From contig NC_043007.1 of assembly GCF_006345805.1 (NCBI RefSeq), positions 7,254,001-7,318,000 of the forward strand: DNA of 64,000 nt. The letters are read 5' to 3'. The notes beneath the pieces were generated by a model. It searched no databases. It saw nothing but the letters and a program-made list of their open reading frames with translations, and was not told the DNA's origin. The position numbers and the translations under genes were made by a program. This DNA is from Octopus sinensis (lineage: Eukaryota). This document shows, piece by piece, positions 39,708 through 54,107 of this stretch (position 1 is the first letter of the stretch; every line of letters starts with the position of its first letter).

Positions 39708-41020
39708 GGTATTCCCTCTCAGTAAAAGAAAACAGGCTGATGAGTAGCCAAAACATTTATCTTTGATAATGCTTCATACTAGATGCACAAGGCCTAAACT
39801 TTTGATGGGGAGGGATTTCGATTACCCCAGTCTTCAACTAGTTATTATTTTATCGATTCTAGAATGATTAAAGGCAAAGTTGACCTCAACCGCAAAATAT
39901 CCAGCAGACTAATGATTCTACCAACTCACCAAATGGCTACTAATTTTTGTCTGGGCACACATTTGGTTGAGTAACGAGTATCTCTGCTAGTTCGATCAAC
40001 GGAACAACTTGCTCGTAGAATTTACATGCAAAGTGGTTGAGCAGAAACACTGCTTTTTTTTATATTTCTATCTCTACATAGCGTTGTCTTTCATCTTTCC
40101 AGTGTAGAGAAAGAAGTAATAACTACAATCGGTTGGAATTTGTTTTCTAAGTTTTTAATTTACTGCGGTCTTCGCCCAAAAAAAAAAAAAAGAAACAACA
40201 GAAACAAAATCAGAACTAGGGGAAATGAATAATTGGAGGAAATATCGAATTAATATCGGTAAGGAAAAAAAAAACACGTGGAAATTTCTTAAAAAAAGAA
40301 AAACCACTCAATTGAATTTACAAGATTGCACCTCACGCATGAAATTCACAGATTGATATTTTCTTAATTGCTTGATATCAAGAATCAAAATTCTTCCTAG
40401 CAAAATTATCAGCTATTTCTAATTAAGAATGATATTTCATCTGAACACGAGTGTCATAGTTGATAAGAAGTCAATCAAAGTTCTAATTACTAACAAACCG
40501 TTAACGCGCCTGTAATATTCTTTTAATAATATTTGAAGGTTTCAACACTGTTTTTCTCCATCTCGCTGTTTATCGTACTTTCCCTCTTTCTAATCCCTCT
40601 CTGGGTCACTTCCAAACACAATCCAGCAATACAAATAAATAAAAATGAAATAAATAAATACATACATAAAAGAAATTTGAAAAATAAACAATGCGTCTGG
40701 GATTTATATCAGAATGAACTAAATTTGATACAGCAGCAGCAGTGGTAGCAGCAGTAGCAGCAGCAGCAACAGTAGTAGTAGTAGTAGTAGTAGTAGTAGT
40801 CGATTCGACACAATAATCTGCTTGCTCGTTCGCCCGTTATATTTTAGTTAGTTAGAAAGGTGGAGGGGGGACTGAGTGTGAGTGGAGAAAAAAGAAGTGA
40901 GGAAGAAATATAGAAAGATGTATAATAAGGTGGTGGTGCTGGTGGTAGTGGTGGTGCTGGTGCTGATGGTGGTGAAAAGAACGCTTTTATTGAACTAAAT
41001 CTATATTATTCTTCTACTAA

Positions 41021-41245
41021 GGCGGCGAGCTGGCAGAAACGTTAGCACGCCGGGCGAAATGCGTAGCCGTATTTCGTCTGTCATTACGTTCTGAGTTCAA
41101 ATTCCGCCGAGGTCGACTTTCATCCTTTCGGGGTCGATAAATTAAGTACCAGTTACGCACTGGGGTCGATGTAATCGACTTAATCCGTTTGTCTGTCCTT
41201 GTTTGTCCCCTCTGTGTTTAGCCCCTTGTGGGTAGTAAAGAAATA
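41021..41245 (+). mobile_element. SINE family A, tail type 1, full length, 17-bp TSD
   Basis: TSD tatattattcttctact at 41002-41018 and 41246-41262. Confidence 0.93.
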
Positions 41246-41542
41246 TATATTATTCTTCTACTTGTTCGTTCACACTTTACGCTTTAGTTTGTGGGAGAGG
41301 AAGAGGAGGAGGTAGTGTGAGGGAATGTGTGAATGAGAGGGAGAGAGCATATGTATTACGCTATCACTCGTGCAATTAGTGGAAGTGAGAGATGAAGAGA
41401 AAGAGAGAAATGTTAAAGACACGAAGAGGAGAAGTTTGTTGAAGGGGGAGAGAGAAAGAGAGAAACATAAAGTGCTTAGCAGAGGGAAATTTCAAAATCA
41501 GAAGATTTATTGTGATTGGAAATGAATTAACTTAGCAAAAAG

Positions 41543-42268
41543 GGCGGCGAGCTGGCAGACTTTGCCTTTCATCATTTCGGGGTCGATAAATTAAGTACCA
41601 GTTGCGTACTGGAGTCGATCTCATCGAGTGACCCCACGCCTCAAAAATTAGGAAATGATACTATTAAAGGCGGTGAGCTGGCAGAAACGTTAGCACGCCG
41701 GGCGAAATGCTTAGCGATATTTCGTCTGCCGTTAGGTTCTGAGTTCAAATTCTGCCGAGGTCGACTTTGCTATTCATCCTTTCGGGGTCGATAATTAAGT
41801 ACCAGTTGCGTACTGGAGTCGATCTCATCGAGTGACCCCACGCCTCAAAAATTAGGAAATGATACTATTAAAGGCGGTGAGCTGGCAGAAACGTTAGCAC
41901 GCCGGGCGAAATGCTTAGCGATATTTCGTCTGCCGTTAGGTTCTGAGTTCAAATTCTGCCGAGGTCGACTTTGCTATTCATCCTTTCGGGGTCGATAAAT
42001 TAAGTACCAGTTGCGCACTGGGATCGAAGTAATCGACCTTGTTTGTCCCCTCTAAGTTTAGTCCTCTGTAGGCAATAAATAAGAAACGTTAGCACGCCGA
42101 GCGGTATTTCGTCTGTCTTTACGTTCTGAGTTCAAATTCCGCCGAAGTCGACTTTGCCTTTCATCCTTTCAGGGTCAATGAATTAAGTACCAGGTGCGTA
42201 ATGGAGTCGATCTAATCGACTGGACCCACTCCCCTAAATTTTCCGGCCATGTGCCTAGAGTAGAAAAG
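41543..42268 (+). mobile_element. SINE family A tetramer bounded by a 12-bp direct repeat
   Basis: Four cores, a 204-bp tandem period, and aacttagcaaaa at 41529-41540 and 42269-42280. Confidence 0.88.
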
Positions 42269-42534
42269 AACTTAGCAAAATAAAAATAAAAGTAAAAGTC
42301 ACCGTTACTTTCTTAATTAGCTTCACTGAATCATTTCCGTTCTCTGGAATCTCCGCGAGTCCAATTGATGATAAATTACCACCTATGAGTGTATGTCTCT
42401 TTAAAGTCGACATCACAGCAAAGGTGACATTTCACCACTTCCTCTAAGGTAGCATTTCAACCGTACCACTGCTGCGAGATAAGAGCATCATTTGATTCAA
42501 AATTGGCCGCACTGAAACATGTCACAGATATCTC

Positions 42535-42760
42535 TTATTTTAGTCACCGGAACGCGGACATGCTGCAGCATCGTTTCGGCGGTTGTAGTCAAGAAAATCG
42601 ACCCCGAGATCGTTTTTTGTTTAATGTTTGTTATTTATTCTGTTTAAGTCTTTTATGGAAACGCTACGTGTCTGGATCGTAAACAAACCATGGCCGCTTG
42701 TCAAGGAATAGGGATGGTGACAAACAGACAACAGAAGCATAAACACACACACTCACACAC
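42535..42760 (-). mobile_element. SINE family B 3' half, diverged
   Basis: catgctgcagca, aatcgacccc, cgtaaacaaacca and ttgtcaag..gatggtgacaaacagac are reverse complements of family B blocks. Confidence 0.55.
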
Positions 42761-42809
<49 letters not shown>

Positions 42810-43158
42810 TTTTCTTGGTTTGATAGAGCAGCCGTACCAAAATTTCGTTGATAACATAGCGCAATATAATTTTGCTATGATATTTGATGATGCAGTCACC
42901 CCAGAGTGTAAGTTCATGCACGCGAGTGTACCTGTATAGGTGAGTATATATACATACATACATGTGTGTGTGTGTGTGTGTGTGTGCGTGCGTGCGTACA
43001 ACAGAAGCAAGCCTTGACTTGCCTTCGAGGAACGTCGGTGTTCTTGTCTAATGATTGACTGAGTTTTGTTTTTCATAAATTTATTAGTAACAATGTGCTT
43101 GTTAATGCTTTGTCTTACTGTGTTTGTACTTATATACGCGTGCATGTATGTGCGTATA

Positions 43159-43210
<52 letters not shown>

Positions 43211-45971
43211 ATATGAGTGTGCGTGTGCGTGTGCGTGTGCGTGTGTGTCCATTGTAATTACATTTACACCATTTATTCATCTAAAACTCCACGATCATAT
43301 ATCTGAATTGCTGGAGGCGGGAGCAATTCACGTTCGTTTCGTTTAAGATTTATGATTACTGCACAATTTCGTTAGTTGCCGTCTGTCAAGAGAATGAACT
43401 AGAAATATTTTCTGCTCTCTTTACTTCTCTAAGATCATGTAAGGTTCCTACCATTTTTTTTTTTGTTTTTTATTGTTTTCCGCCATTTTCTTAATGGTGA
43501 TCAGTTCTGTGCCAATGTGTATTAAAGCAATATTACGGCCTAAGAATTATAGCACACAACACTAAAATTTGGCTTCGATGTTTAATATGTGCAGAGGTCA
43601 AATTTTCTTGGCTCTTTTCCATGACGTTAAGAAGCAATATTCAATAACCTGTTCGCTGATATTGCCTTGTTGTTTAGAGTTAAGATAGTAATCTCACCTT
43701 CATTGTTGTTTTGTGATATGAAATAAGAACTTAAGTATCATAATATTGAAAACCGGACACGATAGTCGCTATTTTAACGCATGCATTACGACTCTCGACT
43801 ATAATTGTTGTTATTAAAATATTTTATATGTTCGTTAACATTTTCAAACTACCCAGTCAAAATTTTGCCTATTCCTTTTAAATGTTGTTTTCTCAATTCC
43901 TAATCTATGGCAGATTAAGTCTGATTCAATAATGGAATAACATAATCCGTATTAGCAGCATAAGCTACATAATTCTCCGCGTCTCCTGGAACAGGAATAT
44001 TACGAGCTTCACCTCAATTACCCAGCGACTACCGAGTGATAGGTGATAGAGGCAGCCACATTTTTACCAGTGAGTAGTTGACTTAGAAACATTAGTTCAT
44101 AAATATAGGTGCGCGTAATCGCACCTATGGATCCGGACACCGAAAGATATAAGTGACAACATTTGTAACCATAATAATAAATTCTCTCTATAGGTAATAT
44201 GTGTGAAAGATATATTTTTAAACTTTGGAGGATGACATCGGGCCATAGGACGTGTGTGTTTCTGAGTCGTTACGCTTCGTCAGCAACAGATACCGAGTCG
44301 TCCTTTAAAACCACAAAGAACTCATTGTTCTCGTATTAGAAGAGCAAATGTTACATTTGATGAAGTGCACAAAGCTTTGTCGTGAGGTAATTAATTAGTA
44401 TATTAATTAGAAGCACAATGGAGCAGCGTTGATCACGACAATAATTGCAGCGAATGTCTTTCCGTGTCTGAGTGTACATGAGTATGTTAAATATAATTGG
44501 ACTCATCTATGTTTCATTGAAGGCTGCCTAGCGCCTTAGTGCACCTTTAATTAATTAGGTTCACATGTGCTAACTATCATTATTTCATATTTTTACCTTT
44601 AATCTACAAGGCCAGAATTATTTTAAACTCCATATAACATGCGCTGCATTTGATCTCACGTTGATGAGCTTTTGTGTCTGGATGCAGACAGGTTTAAAAG
44701 TGTTTAGATTTAACTGAATTACCAGAAACAAATATTTTAGTAAAGTAGTTAGCAAGGTATGTTAGCAGGGTATGCAAAGTGGTTAGCAGAGTATATAATG
44801 TATGTTAAGGCAATATACCAGCATTTCTTGCAGCCGAATATACAGTCTCCGGTTCCGACTCGTTTTCTTTTGGCAAATTCTTGGTGTCCAAGGTAAACAT
44901 AGTTATTATCTCTATGTAATGGTGGACGCTATAAATGTTTTCTTATTTGATTGGTTGGTTGGTTTTTCCAGTCAGGCTTTTCATCGATTAGCAAAAGGTA
45001 CAGAATGAAAGTAAAATTTAGAGTTAACATCAGAGGGGCTGAGATGAAAGATGAGGGCACATACTAGGCTTGGTGACACGCAATGTGTGAAAGAACGCCA
45101 CCACATTTCCTCACGCGCGCATGCGCGCGCACACACACACACAAAGAGTGAGAGAGCAATAATCATAGAGTCGACGAGAGAGAGAGAGAGAAGTCATATA
45201 AATGAGAAATATGGAGTTCTGCGTGGACAAAATACAACAGCGATTAGCATATTTACGTTCGAATTTGCAGGAACATCAGCAGAATGAATTTGTGCGTCAC
45301 TGACTTTTATTTAATTTATTTAATAGTAATAAACATTTGTGAAAGATTACATCATGTTTATCGTATGTTTGCCATATTTTCTGACATTGTCCAAGGTCAC
45401 AACAGTATGCTTCTAAGTTTAGCCATCATATGGCAGGGACAAGTCTAGTATTTCACTATTATATTGAATATATAGAAATCGCCATGATGGAATTTGCATT
45501 TAAATTTCATAACGGGCTCATAATACGCTGTTATCAAGTATTAACAAACTCCAAAATTAAAAAAACAGAACCAATCATTTAGAAGAGAATAGAAATCCTG
45601 CAAAGAAATAAGATTCTGAACGTTAAAAATAAATGATTTTAAATGGAAACCAAAATATGAATGACGTCAGAAATATTTTCCATGCAACGAAAATAAACGG
45701 ACAAAAATAAATGAATTCATTAGAAAAAAAGTAATAAAATATGAAAATGCTATGAAGTTATGTTTATATTTTAGTAGTGTAAAGTTTAAGTGAAATGGAG
45801 CATGACCTAAGCGTCGCGTGAACACAAAAATTAACATATGACCGTTATCATATTTATTTGAGTGTGGGTGTGCGTGTGGGTGTGGGGGGTGTAAGTGCAT
45901 TTGTGTGTGCATGTCTGCGTGCGTGTATTTGTGCATAGACGAAATACATTAATTGATAAAGATTAACAGCG

Positions 45972-45993
45972 ATATATATATATAGAGAGAGAG

Positions 45994-46044
<51 letters not shown>

Positions 46045-46045
46045 C

Positions 46046-46112
<67 letters not shown>

Positions 46113-46119
46113 CAGGTAA

Positions 46120-46188
<69 letters not shown>

Positions 46189-46195
46189 CAGGTAA

Positions 46196-46260
<65 letters not shown>

Positions 46261-46261
46261 C

Positions 46262-46300
<39 letters not shown>

Positions 46301-46307
46301 CAGGTAA

Positions 46308-46344
<37 letters not shown>

Positions 46345-46351
46345 CAGGTAA

Positions 46352-46419
<68 letters not shown>

Positions 46420-46521
46420 TTAGTTAAACAGACAGATACATACATACATACATACATACATACATACATACATACATACATACATACATACATACATACA
46501 TACATACATACATACATACAT
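45972..46521. repeat. (GATA)n with repeated gacaggtaaa interruptions, then (CATA)n
   Basis: Directly visible; the interruption occurs four times. Confidence 0.95.
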
Positions 46522-47224
46522 AGAAATGCAACTGAATGAAATTTTGGTGCCTTATTTTCGATATATACATGTATGTATGTATGTATGTATTCGATAATTA
46601 TTTTATATATAATGGAATCAGGAATGAAATTTCAATTTTTCTTTTATTTCATGCTTGTAACACTCTGTATCTGCTATGAGCTTGATACTCTCTGCCTATG
46701 TGTGTGTGTCTAAGTATGTGCATATGCGTGCGTCTGAGGGTGTGTTTACAGAATTAAATATGATATGATATGTATGCGTTCGCGTGTGTGTGTGAGTGTT
46801 TAATTATGAATATGTGTATGTATGTATTTATATATTTTCTCCGTATGGGTGTATGTATGAATGTCTGTGTACAAATACATACAGCTGAAACAACCCTGCA
46901 GACATACACATGCATACATGAGTGTATGTTCATGGTTGCATATGTGTGTACGTGTATATTTATTTGTGTATATGTGTGGGCGTGTGTACGTGTATAACTG
47001 ATATTTCCTTACGTACAGTTTCATTAATTTGGAGGTTGTTACTAGGTGTCGCTTTGTCTAGCTTCGTTAGATATTAGTTAGCCTCGTTTCATATCGACAG
47101 GCTCCAATTAATTCCGCATTTGAGCCGGAAGATTACATCCTATAGCCACGTAAAATCCCTCTGGCCGCTTTGTATATTGTGGTCAATAAAAATAAATAGT
47201 ACACAACACGGAAATTTATATGAA

Positions 47225-47271
<47 letters not shown>

Positions 47272-47398
47272 TTTGCTATCCCTCTCCAAAAGTAGTCTGC
47301 GAAACGCATATAGTAATTCTTCCATTTAAATAGTAAATTGATTTTCTTATCACTTGACGTATGAACAGATATTTATATATGTGTGTGTATGTGTTGTG

Positions 47399-47464
<66 letters not shown>

Positions 47465-48006
47465 ACTCTCTTTTTCTATGTATAAATATATATGGAAAGA
47501 AGAAGTGTATTCTCGCACAGGAAAAAATATTGTTTTGGGGTTTGAAAATGCTCCACAATTTAAAATACGTGCAGCCATTTTTAAATAGACTGATTCACAA
47601 TCCAGACGAATTTTGACAATTTTTTGCTCATCAATGTTACAAATATATAAAAGTATATTTTAGGAGAGTTTTAAGTTACAAGGTTTGGACAAACAGACAA
47701 ACATGTTTAAACCATCAAATGTTCAAATGTAAACATAAATGTCAATGAATATCTCAGGGAAACTAGCAATAACAATGTAAATACTTGGCAAAGATCATCA
47801 CAAATGTACACTATGGAAATTTCAGTCATGTTGAGTTTTTATAAAGCAAGTGGAGGAGAGAGACAAAAAAAGGTGGGGGAAAGAAAGAAAAGTCTTTTTT
47901 ACATTTTTGTCGTGGTGCGAGTAGATTTTTTCAGTTTCAGTGCACTGGTGTCTCCTTTCACGGATTGTTGGAGTTGGAAGTACTTTGGGTCTTTTAGTAG
48001 ATATAT

Positions 48007-48223
48007 GAAAACAATTGCAGCGTGGAAGGTGTTTGTAAGCCATTTAAGAAACACACAAAAGCCGCATCTCGAGATGCAGCACGGATTTTTGTCAGTGAAC
48101 ATGTCGCGGATTTTAGCGACGAAAATATTTTGACAAATTAAACTTAAATGTTGAAGTGAATCGAACGGCTTTTGTGTGTTTCTTAAATGGCTTACAAACA
48201 CCTTCCACGCTGCAATTGTTTTC
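48007..48223. repeat. Perfect 58-bp inverted repeat with a 101-nt spacer
   Basis: 48007-48064 is the exact reverse complement of 48166-48223. Confidence 0.92.
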
Positions 48224-48814
48224 GTTTCAGCACACGATCTCAGATCAAATCACTTGCTATGCGAGTACATCCCAGTATATATATGCTTTTATGTAAAAGG
48301 ATCTAATCTTTGGTTGGTTATAACTTTGATGACGTCTTATCCTTTTTGTCGTGGACGTTTTAATCAAAATATTTCTTTGGAAAAATCTAGTGTTTTGATT
48401 GTTGGTTGGTTGGTTGGTTACCTATTGACGGCCATAGTTAAGGAACAAGTTCTGATTGGTTGTAGGTTTCATGACGTCATTTTATTCTGATCAAAAATAT
48501 TTTCCGTTTTAGACGAAATATCTTGTTTTGGTAAAGTTCAGCGTTCTGATTGGTTGACTTCCTTGTACGGATTACGTAATTTATTTTTTTTACTGAGAGT
48601 CCGGTTCTGGCCAGAGAAAAAATGTTGTCTTCGGTGACGTTAGCAATTGGTGTTTGAGAAGGCATATGGTGCTATTGTATAGTAAGTTGGTGCTGGGATT
48701 TCGAATTCATGGGGGAGGTAGTTACTTAAAATTTTTTAATTATATCTTTTGTTTCTAGTCTTTTTTTATGGGAAAAATTGGGCTTTCTCATTTTGATGCG
48801 CTTTTATAGGATAT

Positions 48815-49110
48815 CTAGTCGCGGTTTTGTGTTTTCTTAATGGGCATGCTCTCCTTTTTCAATCGGAATTCGGTTGAAGTGTTTCCGGTGCATTGATAGA
48901 GAAGGAAAATTTGGTATTTCGGATGTATGTCCGCTAGGTATTGATCTAATTGTTTGCTTACGGGAATTTTCCTCGTCGTGGGGACCCGGATTTGTTGCCA
49001 TTGTACCTTCAGTCTGTCCCTTAAGGTCAAGCTAGCGTGAACTATATAGTCCCCATCACACCCACTACATTTGAGAACATAAATTAGGTTATTACATGCA
49101 AAGGTTGACC
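48815..49110 (-). mobile_element. PLE GIY-YIG endonuclease remnant
   Basis: NLIYVLKCSGCDGDYI..LRDRLKV..QQIR..IPVSKQLD..RLKKES. Confidence 0.75.
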
Positions 49111-50544
49111 TTTTATGGTCACACACATACGCATACACACACATGTATGTATGTATATATGTATACATATATTTCTTCTGCAGACTGAATATAATATATC
49201 CAAATAATGTTTCTTAACACTGAATCCCTAAAATGACTACAAATAGACAATGTGTGCCTATAATTTTATACATTCTTTTGTACACGTACACGAATATTTA
49301 CATATACATTATGCTCATCGTCTGTGTCCAACACCTATAAATGTGTGGCCCGGATCCTATTTCTCAAACTTCTGTACTGCGCATGTACAATAAGATTTAC
49401 GTATTCATTCATCTTTTTTTCAATTCCGCTATGACTATGTGACTCTAGCCAATGTCTGGAAGTATTGTATACATCAACGTTTAGACATTGAGATAAATAT
49501 TGTGTCTACCAGAGAGAATGACGAGACATGTTGCTACAATATTCGCTGACTTTTTTGTTCACCTCTCATCTGCGACGTCATATTTTATGAAGAATTTTAT
49601 CATTTTTTGATGCCCATAGGAATAATGACATCGGAATGGTATTGCATTAGTGAGCCGAGTAAATTCAATGCTGAGAAACTGAAATCAATATAGTCTTTTA
49701 AAATAATGAGAGTAAGATAAGAATACTAGAATTGAAATGCTTTACTGAGTTTCTCTGTCGTATAATGAAATTAAATATTAGAGAAAGACTTAAGATTTTG
49801 AGAAAGTAATATTGTGTGTGTGTGTGCGCGCGCGCGCCTGTGTGTGTGTGCGGGTGATTAGTCTCATTTGACATCAAGGGATCGAGTTACTGAGATTAGT
49901 ATAATATAATCCTTGTAATGGCTACTGTCTGCATTCGGCGTTCGATCGTTTTAATAACTTTGTAACAAAGATAAAAAATAAATTTTCGAAACAACAAGGT
50001 GGACACTGTTGTTATGGGAGATCGGAGGATAGTCTTAAAGTTTTTGTCGATTATCGATGGCAAAATAAACTTGCAGCTTCAGTTTGATAAGTTCTCTAGT
50101 ATCCGGTTCCAAAGTTGTTTTCTTTAAAATTTATACAACTGTCTCCGACTAGCAATTCCAACATCTATGTCTACTTGACTAAATACAGACGAGCGAATTT
50201 GTAATAGTCATATGATGCTGTGAGAAAGAAAAGCTGACATTTACAATCGGGCATAAATTCATAACAAAATCTCATATTTTGTAATCGAACGGCCTGTGTT
50301 TATTTATATAGTGTTATTTCTTCAAATATATCATATTTCCAGTTAAAATCTTCTTAAATGTAACGTCCGTAAATACATACATTACGCATATAACAGGCAA
50401 ACAGGCATATGTATATATATATATATAATATATATATATATATATACACATATATATACATATATATGTAATGTATGTGTATATATATATATATAATATA
50501 TATATATATACATACATATATACACACACATATATATATACATA

Positions 50545-50605
<61 letters not shown>

Positions 50606-51484
50606 ATATATATATATATATATTATATATATATAGACCATTCATAGGAAGTAAACAATGACTGCAATATATTTCCATGCACAAATGCATACCTACAAGT
50701 GTGCGTGCAGAAATAAGTTTAAATGTGTTTTATTAATGGAGTCTTTAGAAGGATTTCTTTGTTTCTCTCAAGAGAAACTTATTTTTTCTTTTTCAATACA
50801 ATATTTATCGTAAATATTTTTTTCCTCATTCACCGGAGCAAATGATTTACTTTGCTTTTAAGACTTCCTTCAACTGAAATACGAAATGCCGTAAATCTAT
50901 GAAGTAAGCTAACTTGTAAACTTCAACACGGCGAGTAATAACTGAATGTATATGGAAATAACCTTCCACAGAGGCTCCATATTTTCGTGGAAAAATTGGA
51001 AACTGTCACATTCATATTTCACTCGCAAGCATTAATGGAAGAAATGAAATTACTTCAACTAGCGATTGAAAATGTGAATTGAAACCATGGTATGAAACTA
51101 ATTTTTCTTTTTTTTTAGGAACTTAGATTAATTCATGTTGGAGCGTGTACACTTTTGCAAGACAATACATTTCTAAAGTGCTAGGTTGTTATCTAACCAT
51201 CTACCACCTGTAATTAATTGAAATGCACTTCTGCATGCTACATGAGGGAATCGGTTGTTTACAGACTATAGTCTACAAACTTCTTGTAGCAAACTTCTTG
51301 TAGCATTTCTTTACGTTGGTTAATTCAAATCTTCCGAGCATTTTTCTTCATCGCTTCTATCGACCATGAAGAAATTTGATCTCGGCATCAGTTGAACTGC
51401 GAAAGTACAGAGCCGGCAGAAGTGCTGTTAAGCATTTTGTCGGAGGCGTTAACGATTATAAAATGATATTAATAATTTCTCTGA

Positions 51485-51660
51485 TATAGGTGCAAGGATT
51501 GGAATTTGGAGGGGGTGGTCTACTCGACTCAGGGCTCAACTGGTACCGAGTTTATCGATTCTGAAAGATGAAAAGCAAAGTTTGCCTCGGCAGAGTTTCG
51601 ACTCAGAACGTAAAGAGGAGTGAAATGCCGCCAACTACTGTGTCGGGCGGGCGTGCTAAC
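51485..51660 (-). mobile_element. SINE family A, tail type 2, diverged
   Basis: tttatcgattctgaaagatgaaaagcaaagtttgcctcggcaga..gactcagaacgtaaaga..cgtgctaac. Confidence 0.7.
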
Positions 51661-52185
51661 AACAACAATAAATGATAATGATGCAGTACTGTCCCGTCGA
51701 AGACGACGCATACGCGTCCACCTTTTGCCCAAAGACCTCCACAAATGATTTCTTTCGTAATAATCAAATGTATGTGCGGTATATTAGCCCCCGCCATCCA
51801 TCAAATTGACGTTACCTGAACAGGTGCACAGTGTACCACACGTCAGGTGTCGAAGGGATCCCAAAGCAGCGTGAGATGTAGAGCTTTGCTCAAGAACACC
51901 CTATCTAGGAATTGAAACCATGGTCGTGCGATCGTGAGCGCAACACACTAACCACTACACCAATAAAAAAAAAATTATAATAACAACAGCAATAATAATA
52001 ACAATACTAACTATACTAATAATAATGCTACTATCAATAATAATCCTTTCTACTCCAAGCACAAAGCGTGAAATTTGGGTCAGGAGGTTATTCGATTACA
52101 CCGACCGCGAAAGGATGAAGGGCACAATAGACTTTGGAGGAATTTGGGCTCCAAAAGTAAAGATGGGCGAAATGCCGCTAAGTGC

Positions 52186-52460
52186 ATGGATTATCTGCAA
52201 AAGCTCCTGGTCTGGCAATGATACATCGAACATTGCCAGTTCGGGATAAAGCCGACAGGCATGAAAGTCAGCGGGCCTTGCTTGAAGATACGCGCAAAGC
52301 AATGAAACTTTCCTGCACGCTCTCGTTCAGTGCCCCAGAATTGCTGATTTTCATGTTTATGTCTAACACGCTCTGTCACGTTCACAACGGATCCGGTTAT
52401 CGGATGAGTGCAAAGATCGTCCAGCCTCCTTCCAGTACCGTCTCCAATGTTTTTTGTGAA
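52186..52460 (+). mobile_element. Older decayed copy of the Tx1-like zf-RVT region
   Basis: Broken frames LVWQ*Y..LPVRDK..QSNETFLHALVQCP..LSRSQRIRLS align with the ORF at 22770-23011. Confidence 0.75.
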
Positions 52461-53426
52461 CCCTTAGAGATGAATATTATTATTATTATTGTTATAGTCA
52501 ACTCGGTGAACTAGTAGAATTGTTAATAATGTTTTGAGGGACGTGGATTGGTCGACACCGTTGTTATCTCTACTTGATTGGCCCTTTATTTTATAGCATA
52601 GGCATAACACCACAAACTTTTCGAAGGCACACAATCAATTTTATCGACTCCTTTTCTTCAATGCTTCTTTGTTTAACACACCTGAAGGGATAAAACGGTT
52701 GATATTGTTATCAGCAAAGCTTGAAATCAGTAGGAACGATCTAAAAAAGATAGTTGCAAGTGCAACGTTGAATCGATCCGCTCTTTCGAGGCAACACTCT
52801 CTTCCATCGCTTATGTTACTCTTCATGCCAATGAAACTGACGTACACTTGTCAGCTTTGATACACGTCTGCCACCTAGAAATTACCTGACATTCTCATGT
52901 CAGCTATAAATTACCTCCGTCTATTTATTTGGCATTCATCAGACATGAGATATAAACAAATATATTTTTTTCTATTCAAACACAAAAAAAAAATTATATT
53001 AGGAATAATATTGAAGAGTAGCTAGAACCAAACAAATGAACTTTGAAATAATATGTTGTTTTTTTTTGTTGTTTTTTTGGTTTTTTTGGGGTTTTTTTAC
53101 AATCGACTTTAAAAAATGAATTAAATTTGAATGACTTGTGCAAACAACCAAACTTTATACTCATTTCTTATTTTCCAATTTCAATCAATTACTATTTTAA
53201 ACATTGAAAAATAAGGTGAAACAATAGCATTAATGTATTCCCAAGGGAAATTTACATTACCCTCATGTGTAGATCTGGTTATCAAAGCTGTCCACGAATA
53301 AACCAAAGCTTAAAGACAGGTTCCGCTGTCAACAGAGGATTTCGTAGTTTCGATACAGTATTAATTCTGGAAAAAATTAAGAGCTGATATATGACAAATT
53401 AGCTGTATATTATTTTTAAAAAACGC

Positions 53427-53427
<1 letters not shown>

Positions 53428-53494
<67 letters not shown>

Positions 53495-53587
53495 CCTTTC
53501 TCCTATAGGCACAAGGCCTGAAATTTGGGGGAGGGGGATGTTCGATTATATCGACCCCAGTGTTTCACTGGTACTTAATTTATCGAC
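53428..53587 (-). mobile_element. SINE family A, 3' part, tail type 2, with long (TAT)n
   Basis: (aat)n cctttctcctataggcacaaggcctgaaattt..atcgaccccagtg..ggtacttaatttatcgac. Confidence 0.8.
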
Positions 53588-54107
53588 ACACAACGCGCTT
53601 GCGCATCCCATTTCAGCCGGGTCGCTGTTATCTCCCTTTCATCAGCCTCTTTCTTCCGGTCATTTCATCATGTTGAACCCGGACTCAATTTCTTCTCTCC
53701 CCGTATTTTATTTTTTCATTCTCTCTCCATTTTTCACCCTCTCATCTCTTTCTGTAGACTTGAAACGGCGAAGACTTTTCCATTTTTCACAAGCGTCAAA
53801 CCAATACACCTGCTTGCTGTTCATTCAACTGTCTCTGTCTTTTGTTTTCTGTATATGTGAATCACACACACACACACACACACACATACATACATACATA
53901 CATACATACTACATACATACATACATACATACATACATACATACATACATACATACATGTATGTCTTATATATACGTATATATGGATGTAAATTTATCTT
54001 TTACACGTTCCAGTCATTAGACACCAGCCAAGTTGGGTTTGAAACAAATGAATCGCCTCCATTCCTTTTTCTCTTTTTCCTAGCCTTATACTTATTCCAT
54101 CGATCTC

